Of a stretch of 64,000 bases of DNA, positions 48,657 through 62,217 are shown piece after piece. The notes under the pieces are model-generated. The model had not been told where the DNA came from. It ran no database searches and worked only from the letters and a program-made list of their open reading frames with translations. The translations under genes and the position numbers were made by a program. The DNA is taken from positions 23,436,001 to 23,500,000 of the forward strand of contig OZ287757.1 of NCBI GenBank assembly GCA_965649765.1, written 5' to 3'. Numbering within the stretch: position 1 is the stretch's first letter; each line of letters opens with the position of its first letter. This DNA is from Bispira polyomma (Eukaryota).

Positions 48657-51600
48657 TGATGTTACTTTGCAAGTTGATATAACAACTAATAATACAACTA
48701 CTTTGTAGGACACAAAACTTTAATGGGTCATAAATGATGTCTTTAAACATGTTCATGTTCTATATATTAAATATGTATAACAGTATGATGTAAAAGAAAA
48801 ACAATAACATTCGATTGTCCACTACTGTCTGACAGATTTGCATCAGATGTATAAAACTGATGTAAACGATATACTATAAACGTGTGCTGTCAAACGTTAC
48901 AGTAATAAGACGTCAAAAAAGCAGACAATTGAAGAAACTTTGGCATAAAAGCTAGAAATGTTGACATTAAATAGGTTTGGTATACATTTGCTTGTGGGGG
49001 GGGGGGGAGTGCCATTAAAGGTCAATGCTCTAAGTGGTACTTCATTGGACCTGTCTTCTGTCCGGAATACTGACTGTGAAACTATCAATTCTAGTGGTAC
49101 CGTTAAACATATACAAACTAGATTGGAATTGTTGCAGCTACTTTACAACAGTTTACAACAAAAAGAGTAATCAAACATTGAATTATGAGATAGGTTGTGC
49201 AAAGTTGAGACCGAACAAAGTGAATGGATTGCTTTTTTACACAGCAAAACTACATGTTGCCTTGACTTTGCTATTTTCCACTGTTCGTTCTCCCTATCTG
49301 TATTGTGGGCACAGAATCTTCTCTTCTCTCCCTAAAATGTATACCAGTGTATGTATTAACCTAATAAAATTGAACAAAATGTCTAAAAATTAAATGTGTA
49401 CGCTAATATCCTTATAAACTTTTTTCCTCGTGTTTATACCACAATGTCCAATTTCAATATGGGTTCTTGGACAGTGCATAATGAGAGATTATGAAGCGGG
49501 GACATTGTGCTCATAATATAATAATATAGGGTGCAAGTGAGACAGCAGGCACCTAAAGTGGTCATACTGGACACATTTCTAAAATCCTGTCACACCTTGA
49601 GACCGTATTATGGGAACTTATCACAAACAAGAATATTGTGCCTGCTGTTGCCTAAAGGATCACTGCGGCTCAGTTCAAAGTCCACCTATTATGTATTTTC
49701 AAAAGTTTGTACTTGTTGGCATAAATTAAAATTCTTCCTCTGTGGGGCCTTGTGAACGCACTCTCACTTTCCTAAGGCTTAAGTAGTGTAGCCAAAGGAA
49801 AGGCAAGTGGAGTGCTGGCAAGACATGAAATGATAACACACATGAAACAACTCATTTAGGATTTATTACATACCAACATTCTATACTTTAATAATTCCCC
49901 CTCATCTTGAGGTCACCCCAATCTATCGGCCGAGGCCAACTTTTTTTCCCTTAAGGTGACCTGAACATGACAGGTTTTTGTATACTACTTCTACATTCTA
50001 CTACAAAAACTACATATATTAACTACACCCTTACTACTTCCCTTGTGGCTTAAGGTGGCCATAAATTGAGGCTATCCAGGCCAGTTTTATTACTTATGGT
50101 CACATTAAGTAGAGGAAGTTTTTATATGTATATACCGTTTTACTACTTAACTATTAAAATATTAAGACAATTTGTATAAATGTATATATGTACGTATAAA
50201 ACTACGAAACCCCTTACAGCTAAAAACGCCCTGTGTAACGCCATGAAATCACCCCCTGCTATATTTTTACTGCCCTTTTGATCTTTTTTTTTTTTTTTTT
50301 TTTTTGGGGGGGGGGGGGGGGGGGTAAGTATTTGGCAAGCAAATTTTGCACCCCCAATCAGTAGGAGGATTAAAGGGGGGAAATATGGCAGCCAGCTTGT
50401 CAAGGGTGATAATTATTTATGTGCATTTCATGGCAGGTTATGTGGGACACTGTTATTGGTATTTGGGGGATTTATAAAGAATTAAAGAATAACAAAACAA
50501 TGATTAAAATATTGATTGTAAAAGAAATAATGATTGCAAAAATACTGGTTTATTGTTGATATGGAAGGGGATGACTTAGATAAGGCTGATGTGATGTGTG
50601 GCTGGTACTGATAAGAGGATAGTGATATTTAAATTTAAAAAAAACACTTAATATGACTTTTTCATTAACTAACAACACATGAAATATAATGAAGTTAACT
50701 TTTACATCACCTCTTTATATGCACTTACGGTTATCCAGTTTTCACGAGAAGCCATGTGTCTAATCTTACTATTTAAAAGTAAGAAGCCACTATCAAGATA
50801 ACTTCAAAGAGTGTTTTTTGAAGTTACTATAAAAAAATGTTTATCACACTGTGAGAAACCACCTTTAGTGAAATAGTCAAATATATTAGTGGTAAGCAGG
50901 ACACCTTTAGGGCACTGATACGTCAGGTTAACACTTCTGTACAACCTTAAAACATTTTCTTTGACTAGACTACTTTTGTGCTGACCTTCTGTCAATCCAT
51001 ACTTCAACCAATCACAGCACAAGCTACTTAATTATGTTCCCGCTAATTTAAGCTTACATATTGAAACTTAAATTTGAAGCAACAACATTGCTCTGTCTCT
51101 ACAAGTATCACTGGGGCCAGATCATGTGCAGGAATTATGCCTAGTATTAAGGAAAACCAGGAATCGTCCTGTGGCGAAAGCAAGGAAACCAGCAGCTGAG
51201 AAACAAAAGACAACAAGTGGACAAGTCAAAGCTTGTCAGGTAACTGATTCTACTATAGCAGCCCCAGGTCACCTGGCCGACGAGGTCCATTTAATTTTTT
51301 GTCGGATTCCGACTCGGTAACTCACACATCCAACTTCAGGTTTCTAACGCTCCCGGTTTTAACACACCTTCCACGAGTAACAGCTATACAAGCAGTACAC
51401 AATCTGGCCCACATGACAATTCCAACGAGGTACTACCAACACTGAGAAGGCTGGAAACGCCAATAGATAGGGTTGAGGCAAGAAAATAAGGGACCAACTC
51501 TAGTCAACCCATTCAACAACAGGCGCCTCATTTGCCCGTTCAAATTCAACAGCAAGCTGCATCTCTGTCAGTTCACACACAACAACAGGCTGCTCCTCTG

Positions 51601-52740
51601 CCCCCTCATATCCAGCAACACGCTGTCACTCGGCCAGCTCAAACTCATCTTCAACTGCCTCACAATCATGGAGCTCACCTAAATCCACTCGTGCAACCTT
51701 TACCAGGCCATGTCCCTCGGGACTACTCTCAGGATAGGATCATTCTAAATGTGGATGTATTCAGATCTCTACCGAATGTCCAATCGGCTGTGTCGTGCCA
51801 GCTGGCGGAATATGAGAATCTAGCACACAGAACACTGCGTACCAAGTCAGGGTGCTTCAATAACACTGACGTAACAACAATTGATGCTCGGTTTAGGTGG
51901 CCAAATGAGGGCTGGGTCGGGGGTTCGACAAAGAAGCGACCTACATATGACGGCTTAACGCTTCCTCAGTGGGCCACGGGACAAATTTCAAATGCTTTGC
52001 AGGTATCCGACAACACTGTGATGCGTCCGCTCACCGTGGTTTAGTCATGAACCCTTCTTCTGAAAACTTTACTGAAATGATTCACACTGACCATGCTAGC
52101 AATCCTGTCATCAGGCAAGCTAGGGACTATAATGACAAAATAAGGAAGTTGGGTTTAAAGCCCTTACATCCACTGAGTTCTACTTTGATTGGCCTGACAG
52201 ACTACCTACAAAAATTGACTCTGTTTCTAAAATTTTGGAAGTGGCTGACATTATTAGAGACACAGGTGTTCCTAATTATCGTCAGGCCAATACTAATAAG
52301 TTTTGGGTTGGTGATTGAAGCTTGGGAAAAATTACTTAAGGGTTATTCTGAGTTATTGATTCAATACCTTACATTTGGCTTCCCCTTGTCACTAAATGAA
52401 CCAAACAAGATCAGGAATGCTAGAGTCAAAAATCACTTTTCAGCTTTACAACATCCTAAGGCAGCCAGTGAATATCTACAAAAAGAAATGTCCCTTGGGG
52501 TAATGTTGGGCCCTAGCAAAGATATCAACAATATTCATTACAATTGCTCTCCACTGTTAACTAGGCCCAAGGATATAACGAAACGTTGGGTAATTTTAAA
52601 TCTTTCTCACCCATATGGAGCTTCACTCAATGATAATGTCAACAAAGGGAAATTCAACAACGTAGCCTTTACTTTAAAATTTCCGACAATTGATAATATT
52701 ACACAAGCAGTAAGAGAAATTGAGAACGCAGTCTTAATTT

Positions 52741-54814
52741 AATCTAATCTAATCTAACTTTTATAGCGCCTAATCTCTCCTATTTAGGGGATTCTAAGGC
52801 GCAGGACAGTATCCTTATTCAATTTGCATTTCCGTTTGACAAGCATGGGTCAGCACCATGGAGACGCCGGGTGAATTTAGGGCTATGGTGGGAAAGCCTT
52901 GTTGAAAAGGTAGGTTTTAAGTTTTTTTCTAAAGGATGTAAGTGAGGTTGCACAAGGAATTCCGGTAGGTATTTCATTCTAAAGTGTTAGATTTGAATTT
53001 GGATATTTAACGTCCACTCTAGTACCTTTTAGTAGGTTATATTGGGACGGGTAATTGGAAACGCTGGAGGAAACACTGCATACAGTTGGTCAAGGTTCTG
53101 CAGAGAAACCAGCGGCCCACAGTAAGGAACTACCACCTTTCCCACATAGGCATCGATGGGATTCGAACTCACACCGCCCAGAGGTGAGAGACCAGTGATT
53201 GCTAACCACTAGGCCATTGCGGCCCCTCTAAAGTGTTGAAGCATCATGGGCAAAGCTATTGTTAAACTGACGTTTAGATTTGTGTACTGCTGAGATAAAT
53301 CTTGGAACGGTCAGATAACTTTTTTCCGGTCTGCTCCTTCTGGTATTGTGGCTGCAGGTGTAAAGTGTGAGGTATGGATTCCAGTATGCTGGAAGGCCAT
53401 TATTTAAGAATTTGTAGACTAAGGTAGCTGTTTTGAACATACATCTAAACTGAATGGGTAACCAGTGGAGATTTCTTAAAACAGGAGTAACACGGGAGTA
53501 CTTGGAATGGTTGGCCACCACTTTGGCTGGCGAGTTTTGGATGCATTGCAACTTACAGATGTCAGCCTTGAATAAACTTCAAAAGAGAATTACAGTAGTC
53601 AAGACGACTTGTAACCAGGGCATTTGCAACTATAGTAGCAGTACCAGCTGACAAATAGCGCCTAACCCTTCTTAGATCCCTCATTTGGATGAAGCAAGAC
53701 TTGCAAACTTCATGAACTTGTTTGGAGAAGGAAAACGTTGAATCAAACCACACCCCCAAGTTCTTGACAGCACTTGCATGGTACACTATGTTTCCTAAAA
53801 TATTGGCTGGGAAAAATCCTTCAATCTTGATCCGAATAGTATAAACTCAGTCTTATCCAGGTTTAATTTAAGCTTGTTGGCAAACATCCATTTTTGAACA
53901 TCACTGAGACAACTTTTTAGACTGTCGAGAACAGTTGTGGCATTTTTATATGAGAGATGAGTATACAGCTGTGTGTCATCAGCATAAAAGTGGTACTTGA
54001 TATTGCTATGTTTGCTGATGATATAGCTGAGCGGAGTAGTGTACAAAGAAAACAAGATTGGGCCCAGAACTGACTCTTGTGGAACACCAAACTCAAGCTT
54101 AAACAACTCTGACAGAGTGGAGCCTATTTTGACAGACTAAAATCGATTTGAGAGATATGAAGGAAACCATTCGAGAACTGTACCATAAAAGCCGAACCAG
54201 GACGATAAGTATTTAAGCAACGTAGCATGATCAATAGTATCAAAAGTTGCCGACAGGTCTAGGAGGACTAGTGCTGTAGGTTCACCTTTTGAAAGAGATA
54301 TATGTACTTCATTTTGATGAATAGAAGAGCTGTTTCAGTGAAATGGCCCTGTTTATAAGGAGACTGCAGGAGATTACCCAAACCATTTTTGTTGATATGT
54401 TGTGTTATTTGTTTTGCAACAATTCTTTCCAATAGCTTGGAGATGAAACTTAGGGCTGATACTGGCCTATAATTCTTAAGGTCCTTTTTTGGTAATGATG
54501 GTTTCTTTATAAGTGGAGTTACTACAGCTTGTTTAAATTTATCAGGTACAATACCCTCTGCAAGAGAGTGGTTGACAAGTCTGGCGATAGAGGGTAGAAG
54601 TATATCGACACCTTCATTCACCAGGAAAGTTGGCCAGGGGTCTAACATACAGGTTTTAGTGGGGGATTCATTTATAGTTTTTAGAACATCATCTTGTGAA
54701 ACTTGAGTAAAGCCAGAGAAATTCGGTGGAGGTCTGGTAGGGGGAATGCAACTTGTATTTGAGCCAGAGAACATGTTTCTGATATTTTTAATTTTTCCAC
54801 TGAAGAAAACCCCA
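52741..54814 (-). mobile_element. L2-clade LINE family Y, 5'-truncated, antisense in Ngaro-3 RT
   Basis: NYRPVS, GVPQESVLGP, YADD, LVTSRLDYCNS, LHWLPI; tail GCGCTATAAAAG(TTAGA)n at 52741-52770. Confidence 0.92.
52989..53226 (-). mobile_element. tRNA-derived SINE family A, copy 4 (nested in the L2 inside Ngaro-3)
   Basis: 11-bp TSD tctaaagtgtt at 52978-52988 and 53227-53237; very similar to copy 3. Confidence 0.93.
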
Positions 54815-57800
54815 AATTCAAAATTGACATTTCGCGGGTGTTCCGGAACTTAAGGTCGACCCAGTTGACGCTGTCAAACTGGGGATATTCTGGAATGATG
54901 CATACTACATTGATCCGGCAATTGCGTTTGAGTGGGTTCACGTACGCCATTACGTCACATATGCTGAAACAAGGTTTCCGGACGTTCGGGTACATGGACG
55001 ACTACATATGTGTGGCCTCAAGAAGTGTTGCGCTGGAAGGATTCAAAATTTTACATCGGCTCATGACAGAACTTGGCCTCCCTATGAATCTGGACAAACT
55101 AACTCCTCCAACAACCAAATTGACATGTCTGGGCATTGATTTTGATGTAGAGCAGCTGACTATTTAAATTCAACTAGATAAGTTAATGGAAGTTTATAAC
55201 GCATGTGTGGAGACACAGGCTAAGCAGTATATATTAAAAAACCAGTTCCAGTCGTTACTAGGCAAACTGCTATATATCCATAAATTCGTCCTCCCTGCCA
55301 GAGTTTTCATTAACAGGCTGTTGGCAGAATTTCGGGCCAATCATGCAGCTAAACGATTTAAAGTAACTGTCAACATGAAAAATGACTTACAATGGTTCGT
55401 ACTTTTCCTACAGAAATTCAATGGCATTACATACATCTCGTATGACGTTTTGGTGAAGAATTACACCTGGAGGCCTGTCTCACAGGTTTTGGAGGCATTT
55501 GGAATAATGAAGTATATGCCACACCGTTCTATGACATTTTGAATGGTCAACTTACCATAGTTCACCTGGAAATGCTCAACATAATTATCGCGCTAAAAGT
55601 CTGGGCGGAACAGTTGAGACACAAAAAACTGAGCATCAATTGCGACAATATGGCTGTGGTTTTCATAGTTGACTCCTAAAAAACTAGAGACAAATTTATG
55701 CGTTATGTCTTACAAATATTTGGCTTATTACAGCGACATATGACATAACACTAAGCATAAAGCACATTCCTGGTAAAAATTTAGAATTCTAGAATTTTAG
55801 AATTTATTCAAAGGCCTTTGTAGTGCAACTTTAGAACCTATTATTAATAATTATTTTTGGAAATTAGTTCCTCTCACATATTTTAATCTTAATTTGTCTA
55901 TTTAATTGCAGGTGCTTCTGCATTATCATCACAGCTCAAGGATTCTGCCTGGGTTAGGATTAATTCAGCCTTAAGACCCAAGACTAACTCTGCTTACAAT
56001 GGACAGTTTAGAACTTTTGTAGCTTTTCTAAAATTTTCTGGTATATCCACTATTACTGTACATGCTATTATTGCATTTTTGGAGTACTTGGTGCAGAATC
56101 ACTTATCACCAGGTGCCATAAAAAAACTACATGGCTGCTATTAGATTCAATGCCAAAAGATACCAATGAGATTTATCACCATTTACACACAATGCAGTGG
56201 CTTTATTTTAAAGGGGTTTGTCGCACAACTCAAATTTAAGGCCGAAACCCAAGGGCCTTTTTCCAGTGAATCAAATTTTACAAATCTCTGCTATCTGTGA
56301 CATTCTGGATGACCCTGTACAATATAGGGCCATTTTTCTGGTAGCCTTTTTTGGCTTTTTAAGGCCATCAAACATAGCACCACATTTTAGGGCTTCTTAT
56401 GACCCTTCCAGACATTTCTAAAGGCAAGATGTGGTTTTTGGCCATCCTGGAGCACATATAATTTCAAAATGGGCTAAGAACCTTCAGAATAGAACTGACA
56501 CACATATAAAATTCAAATCCCACTTTTTCATAACAGAAACATTTATCCAGTGACAGCAATTAAGAAACTGCTATCTAGCAGATCTCTACCTCCCACAGCC
56601 CCACTATTATTAGGAGGTCTGGGGCAACTTTCGCTATCAACCATAATGTATCCTTACAGAGCATCATGGCACATGGCCTTTGGAGGTCTTCTTCAGTCTG
56701 GTCCTACCTTCAAGAAACCTCTCAGGCTGCCTCCATACTTCCTCTCACTTTTGCTTCTGCCATCTATTCCTCCCTTTAGTTTGGCTGGGGCTTTAAAATT
56801 TTTTAAATTTTAAGCATCTTTATTAACTAACTGTTAAATGTATATTTTGAGAAACTAATATGTAAATAATAAAACCTCAAACGGAATTTTTCATTACCTG
56901 TGTTACATAGCATATCATCTTACCAATAATAATATCAAATAATATCTATTTGACCTTGGCCAATATCACCTTTGAACTTGACACTACCTTGGGGACTGGT
57001 GAAGCCACTTGCAATCAAATAATCAAGGTACTGATGACTTTCACAATGAGAAGCCACATTCATCTGTTAGTAATAATAGTTTATTTTTCGTACTAATAGT
57101 ACATAAAAAAGAGATAGATACAGATTAATAAAACAAACGTACAAACATAATTACATATCATTATATAGATAAATAAAAAATATATATATATACACTATTT
57201 CATTATAACTTAAGTAATCAAGCCAGTTTTGTAGTAGTTTATACCACAATGAGGATTCACATTCAATCATCTAGTAATCCAGTTAATCAAACAATTAAGT
57301 AATCAAGGTACAGATTAGTTTCAGTATGAGAAACTACATTCAGTTATTAATTGATCAATCTAGCTTTGTGATGTATACCCCAATGAAAAGCCGATTATCT
57401 AATAACACAGTTAACATCAAAGATTTATGTATTTGTATATGAAAATAGACAGATGAATTACTCTATTATACCGACATTGTGTTTTACATATACAGATATA
57501 CAACGTTTCACATGTTTTATTAAATGTAACACTCAGCCTTAAGGCTTATATGTCGGTTTAAAAAGAATATTCCAATTCAATGTGTGTATAAAAATAGGTG
57601 AAAAACTGTACTATTTTGCAGAAATGGTGAAATTCGCAATCTATATCTTCAATTCTTGTAAATATATATATATGTTATTCGTAATGTAACCATACATGTA
57701 AATTTAGATTTGTATGAACAGAAATGGTAAAGATAAAAATCATTTAAAATATTTCATAGTTCAATGAAAGTAGTGATTTTGTCAATGTTTTAACCAATCT

Positions 57801-57996
57801 CAATACATTACCATAACTCTCAAACCTGTCAAAAAAGTTAGAATAATAGGGTCACTATCTAGATACATTTGCCATCATATACAAATGAAAAGCCTCATAC
57901 CACATTGTTATACCACTATTGATCTATAATATATGATCTATTTTTTTGATTTGGGGAGGAACAATTTGGCAAGGAGGGGGGGGGGGGAGTGAAAAT

Positions 57997-60272
57997 AGTT
58001 TAGTTTAGTTTATTCGTTTATTTCTGTCACTAGAACATATCAATGTTTAATAACAATAACATAAACAGAATAGTAGTTCCCAGCCCCTATGGGCTCATTA
58101 GTGACAATTTAATGAATACACAAAAAAACAGGTTTAGCATGTAAATTATTTCAAGATATTATAAAGACGAACATGACATTGATTCAATACTATTTTACCA
58201 TGAATACAGTTTTAGCAGTTCAAGCACAATAATTCAATGTGTGTAAATACATAATTTGGCACAAATACAATTACTAATATTTCAAATATATTACATTAAT
58301 TTTATGCTATTTTACTATTATTTCAGTTTTAGCACAATAATTCAATATGTTTGAAAACATAATTCTGCACAAAATACAATTTTATTATTTAAACAGAAGA
58401 CTTTTTCTACATTCCCATGCCTTTATCAAAAAAGTTGCCAGATTTTTATTCGAGTTTTGCATTATCAAGTTAAATTGATCAATTTCATTTATTTTTTGAA
58501 TACCGGGATACACTAGTTCATATTTATTAAGAAGATCTTTTCTGTGTAAATCATAACGAGGACATTTTAATAAAAAATGCCTTTCATCTTCAATTTCTTT
58601 TAAATTACACATTTCACAAATACGTTCACTAACATTCAATTTTCTCGTTTTTTGAGTAACACTGTCTTTTATGTTACAATATCTACCAGTTTCAACACGG
58701 AGGGGTAATATTCCTGCTCTAAACTGTGCAACCATTGATCTTTCATGTTTATGCAAATATGTTTTGACATAATCTTCTGTTTTAAATTCATATTTATACA
58801 TTTTATAGAGTCGTAATTTTGGTTTTGAAATCACATTTTCAGACCATTCATTTTGATTAATTACCATGTATTTATTCAATACTTCACTAACATCAATAAC
58901 TTCACGATTTACAAATTTATTTTCCATATTAATTTCAGTCAAAAGGCTTAAAATATCTGAGCACCAGTTATTTTCACATTTAACATAGTCCCACTCAAAG
59001 ATTTTCTTGGTTAACCTCTCACTTGGTAGTCTAACCAAGCGATTCCATAAACGTATACTACATAGTCGTTTGGCAAATTTTGACTTTAACCAACCCATAT
59101 CACCGAGTATGGCTGCAATAGGCGCATACTTATGGACACCGAGATAAAATCTCATGGCTTTATTCTGGACAATATCAAATGATTTAGTTCTAGTATTACC
59201 CCAGATTCCAGCACCATAATTCATTATTGGCTCTACTCCACTTTGGTACAGTTTGGTGAAGGTGTTAAAGCCCAAATCTTTATTATTTTTCACCTTTGCT
59301 ATGATGCTTCCAAGTGCCCTACTTGACGAGTCGGCTAATGTGTTGATACAGTTAAGAAAGTTTAAATGTTCGTCCAATATGACACCCAGATATTTATAAC
59401 TTGAAACTATTTCAAGACTGTTATTTCCCAATTCAAACTGAAAATTACTTCTGATTTTTCTACTTTTTCGAAAATGTACAATTTTGGTTTTTTCTTTGTT
59501 TATTGATAAACGCCATTTTTGACACCAATCATAAAGTGTATTTAACATAATTTGCAGGTGTTCTTCAGTGTCAGATAATAAAACCATATCATCTGCATAC
59601 AGTAAAATAGAAACATTTTTACCATCTATATTAATACCCACTTGTAAGTTCAATATTTCGATGGCTAGATCATTCAAAAACAAAGCAAATAATAATGGTG
59701 ACAAATTGTCTCCCTGTCATACACCAGATTTTGTTTCAAACCATCCTGTAAACAAATCATCTATCCGTACACAACTGAATGTTTTACTGTACAAAGACTT
59801 CACAGCTTCATATATACGCCCTTCAATGCCATACGACAGTAATTTAAAAAGTAACATGTCCCTATTTACCCAGTCAAATGCTTTTTCCATGTCAACAAAG
59901 CAACAATATGTAGAAATTCCTTCCGATAATCTATTTCTTATTATCGAAGTAAGGCTATATATATGGTCTTCACATGAGCGTTTTTTCCTGAACCCATTCT
60001 GTTCATCAACAATAATACCTAGCAGTTCACAATAGTTGCTAATGCGGTTATGCAAAATTGCGGAATACAGTTTGGCTACAGTTGATAGTAAGCTGATTCC
60101 TCTATAATTTAATGGGACTAGGGGATCTTTTAGTGCACTTTTAGGGATTGGTCTAACAATAGCCTTTAACCAGATACTTGGTACGAGTCCATTTTTGAAA
60201 CATGTTTTAATCATGTTCCACAGAATAATTTGAATATCAATATTTTTTAACGCCTCGTTTTGGATCCCATCA
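57997..60272 (-). mobile_element. CR1/L2-group LINE with C-terminal CCHC knuckle, 5'-truncated, ORF2 nearly intact
   Basis: ORFs 59717-60298 and 58385-59704 are in one frame, separated by a single TGA in GV*QGD. Motifs NYRGISL, FVDMEKAFD, YADD, RICEMC..EDERHFLLKC; (AAACT)n tail. Confidence 0.9.
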
Positions 60273-60612
60273 TATGGCACCCTCCCTGCCAAATCCACCC
60301 CCCAATGTGAAGCTTCTTGGGGGTTGTTTACCCAAAACTGTTGGTTTTTGGCGAGAAACCTCTGTATTATGTTTTATGAGTAATGTCCTAAAAGGTGTCC
60401 TTATACTGGGTGACACTTTGTTTGCCAAATACATATGTAGTTTGCCTGGTAGTGTCCCTAAATATAGGTGACACTTTGTTTCCTAGAAATCCCTGTTGTA
60501 GGGTTGTGTGCATAATGACTTGAGCAACTGAGAACTGGTGCTAGCAAATTCCATAATGCACGCATTCAACTTATTCCCTCCTCTATTTTATTGGCAATGC
60601 TGCCATTATTGA

Positions 60613-60738
60613 CAAAGTCAAAGTTGAGGGGTTTACGTCCCGTTCAACAGCCAGGGTCATATTGGGACAAGCCCACAGCATTTGTCATTTGTGGGAGGCG
60701 AACCCACACAGAGGTGACAGCCTGTGATCAGATGCCAA
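60613..60738 (-). mobile_element. 5'-truncated tRNA-derived SINE
   Basis: 14-bp TSD gctgccattattga at 60599-60612 and 60739-60752. The reverse strand has a GTGGGTTCGCCTCCC B-box-like motif and a GGGACGTAAACCCC tail. Confidence 0.8.
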
Positions 60739-61080
60739 GCTGCCATTATTGAACAAAAGTTTGTACGGCACAACCTGACAGTACCAAATTGTAGAAATAT
60801 TTATAATATTGTCAGAATCTGGCTGCTTTTACATGCTTGATATATTACCCGTTTTACCAGCTTTTAGTCTTTTTAGCAAACTTTTTAACATTTTTAACAG
60901 TGTTTTAACCAGCAAGTATTAAGCCGTGAGACACTTATACAAAATAAATATAGACATGAGAAAAGTTGCAAGTAAAAGTGTCACCTAGCAAGAAGTCACA
61001 CGACGTCCGTTTCCGTCATCTGACATCTGAATTTGCAAATATACAACATCCAAAACATCGGCCGATTTTAGGATCCTAAA

Positions 61081-62217
61081 GGGGCGAATATGCCTGGCCG
61101 ATTTTGCTTTCGAATCCGTCACCCGAAGTCCGTTGCCGTCATCAGAATTTGCAGATACACTATATCCGAAAAACTGGACGATTTTTCTAGTATTCATGTT
61201 TTAAATAAATTAATATATAATGTTTGTCACACGAAAAAATTGGTCTTTGACCTTTTTTGACCTTTTTTGAAAATTCGGCTGCCGATTGGGAGGTGCCGTC
61301 AGTCAGGTAAATTCTACTTCTCTATTTTATTATATTTTATTTTTTGGGGTTGACGGAAACAGACGTCGGAGACGGAAGCAAAATCGGATAGGCATATTTG
61401 CCCCTTAAGTCAGGCCTGATTAATTATTTATAACGGAAGCCTATCCAGGTCATATTTTAAAGAAAAAGGTATCTTGTAATTACGAGGAGGACCTATCTTG
61501 TTATTACTAGATAGCCCTATCTTGTAATTACTAGATAAGTGTATCTTGTAATTACAAGATATATCTAGTAATTACAAGATAGCTGTTTCTAGTAATTACT
61601 ACATATATTTTGAAATTATAAGATACACTTATCTGGTAATTACAAAATAGGGCTATCTTTTAATTACAAGATAAAGTTATCTTGTAATTATGAGAAACAC
61701 CTATCTTGTAATTACTAGATAATTCTTTTTTTAAATGTGTGAGCTGTATAGGCTTCCGTAATTTATTGACTAATTATAAGAAAGTAATATGTTTACTATG
61801 CATTTTTATATCCTTTTTTAAAAGATAGATTAACTGCTACATATCTGCTAACACATCTTACAATATTTAGGGAATAACTTACACAGATTTAAAACATCAC
61901 ATGTTATAATAAGTTAATGCTTTAATGTAGTTTGATATTTTAATAGTTTTTATGTTTTATATGTTGATGTCTTTGTATACTATCTCTTATTTTAGGATTC
62001 CTAATCAACTATATATTAATATATAAAGACTAAATATAAAACCTTAGAGGAAAACGTCATCAACCTCAAAAGTCAATTAAATTAAGTTTAACTGCCCGTC
62101 TGTCATCTAAAAAAAAAACGGTTATAGACCTACTTTAAAAATTTGTCTCCCGAATCTGAGGTGATGTCGGCTAGGATGACGGATTCGGAAGAAAAATCGG
62201 CTAGGTATATTCGCCCC
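61081..62217. mobile_element. Non-autonomous TIR DNA transposon (Kolobok-like: GGGG termini, TTAA-like flanks)
   Basis: The left TIR ggggcgaatatgcctggccgattttgctttcgaatccgtca matches right TIRs ending at 62217 and, less well, 61404. Both right TIRs are followed by TTAA. Confidence 0.7.
61432..61760. mobile_element. MITE with ACGGAAGCCTAT TIRs and an internal array of palindromic ~20-23 bp units
   Basis: acggaagcctat at 61433-61444 and ataggcttccgt at 61748-61759; about 11 internal units like tatct(t/a)gtaattac(t/a)agata. Confidence 0.8.

Larger units (their letters stand above)
51120..56920 (+). mobile_element. Ngaro-type YR retrotransposon copy 3 (more divergent family, decayed, boundaries approximate)
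   Basis: gag (KSGCFN, RWPNEG, PTYDGLTLPQW); RT (FGFPLS, ILNLSHP, FPTIDN, YMDD, QSLLGKL); YR 55912-56770 (FFGFLRPSNI, HGLWRS). Confidence 0.88.

Noticed and set aside
50284-50324. T-run/G-run junction and other poly-G/C tracts (33623, 34216) as functional G-quadruplex elements
   Set aside because: Simple homopolymers within TE remnants, prone to slippage and sequencing error; no supporting context.
59717-59719. Selenocysteine/readthrough TGA in LINE RT
   Set aside because: The position corresponds to Arg in GVRQGD, so a CGA>TGA transition is the simpler explanation; no SECIS was identified.
61085-61150. Second hammerhead on the - strand (CTGATGA...GAAA)
   Set aside because: Stem II closing bases do not pair (C/C), there is no stem III/NUH, and the sequence is part of a TIR.
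61465-61725. CRISPR-like array of palindromic repeats
   Set aside because: No unique spacers (only 0-5 nt between units), no cas genes, eukaryotic context, and enclosed by MITE TIRs.
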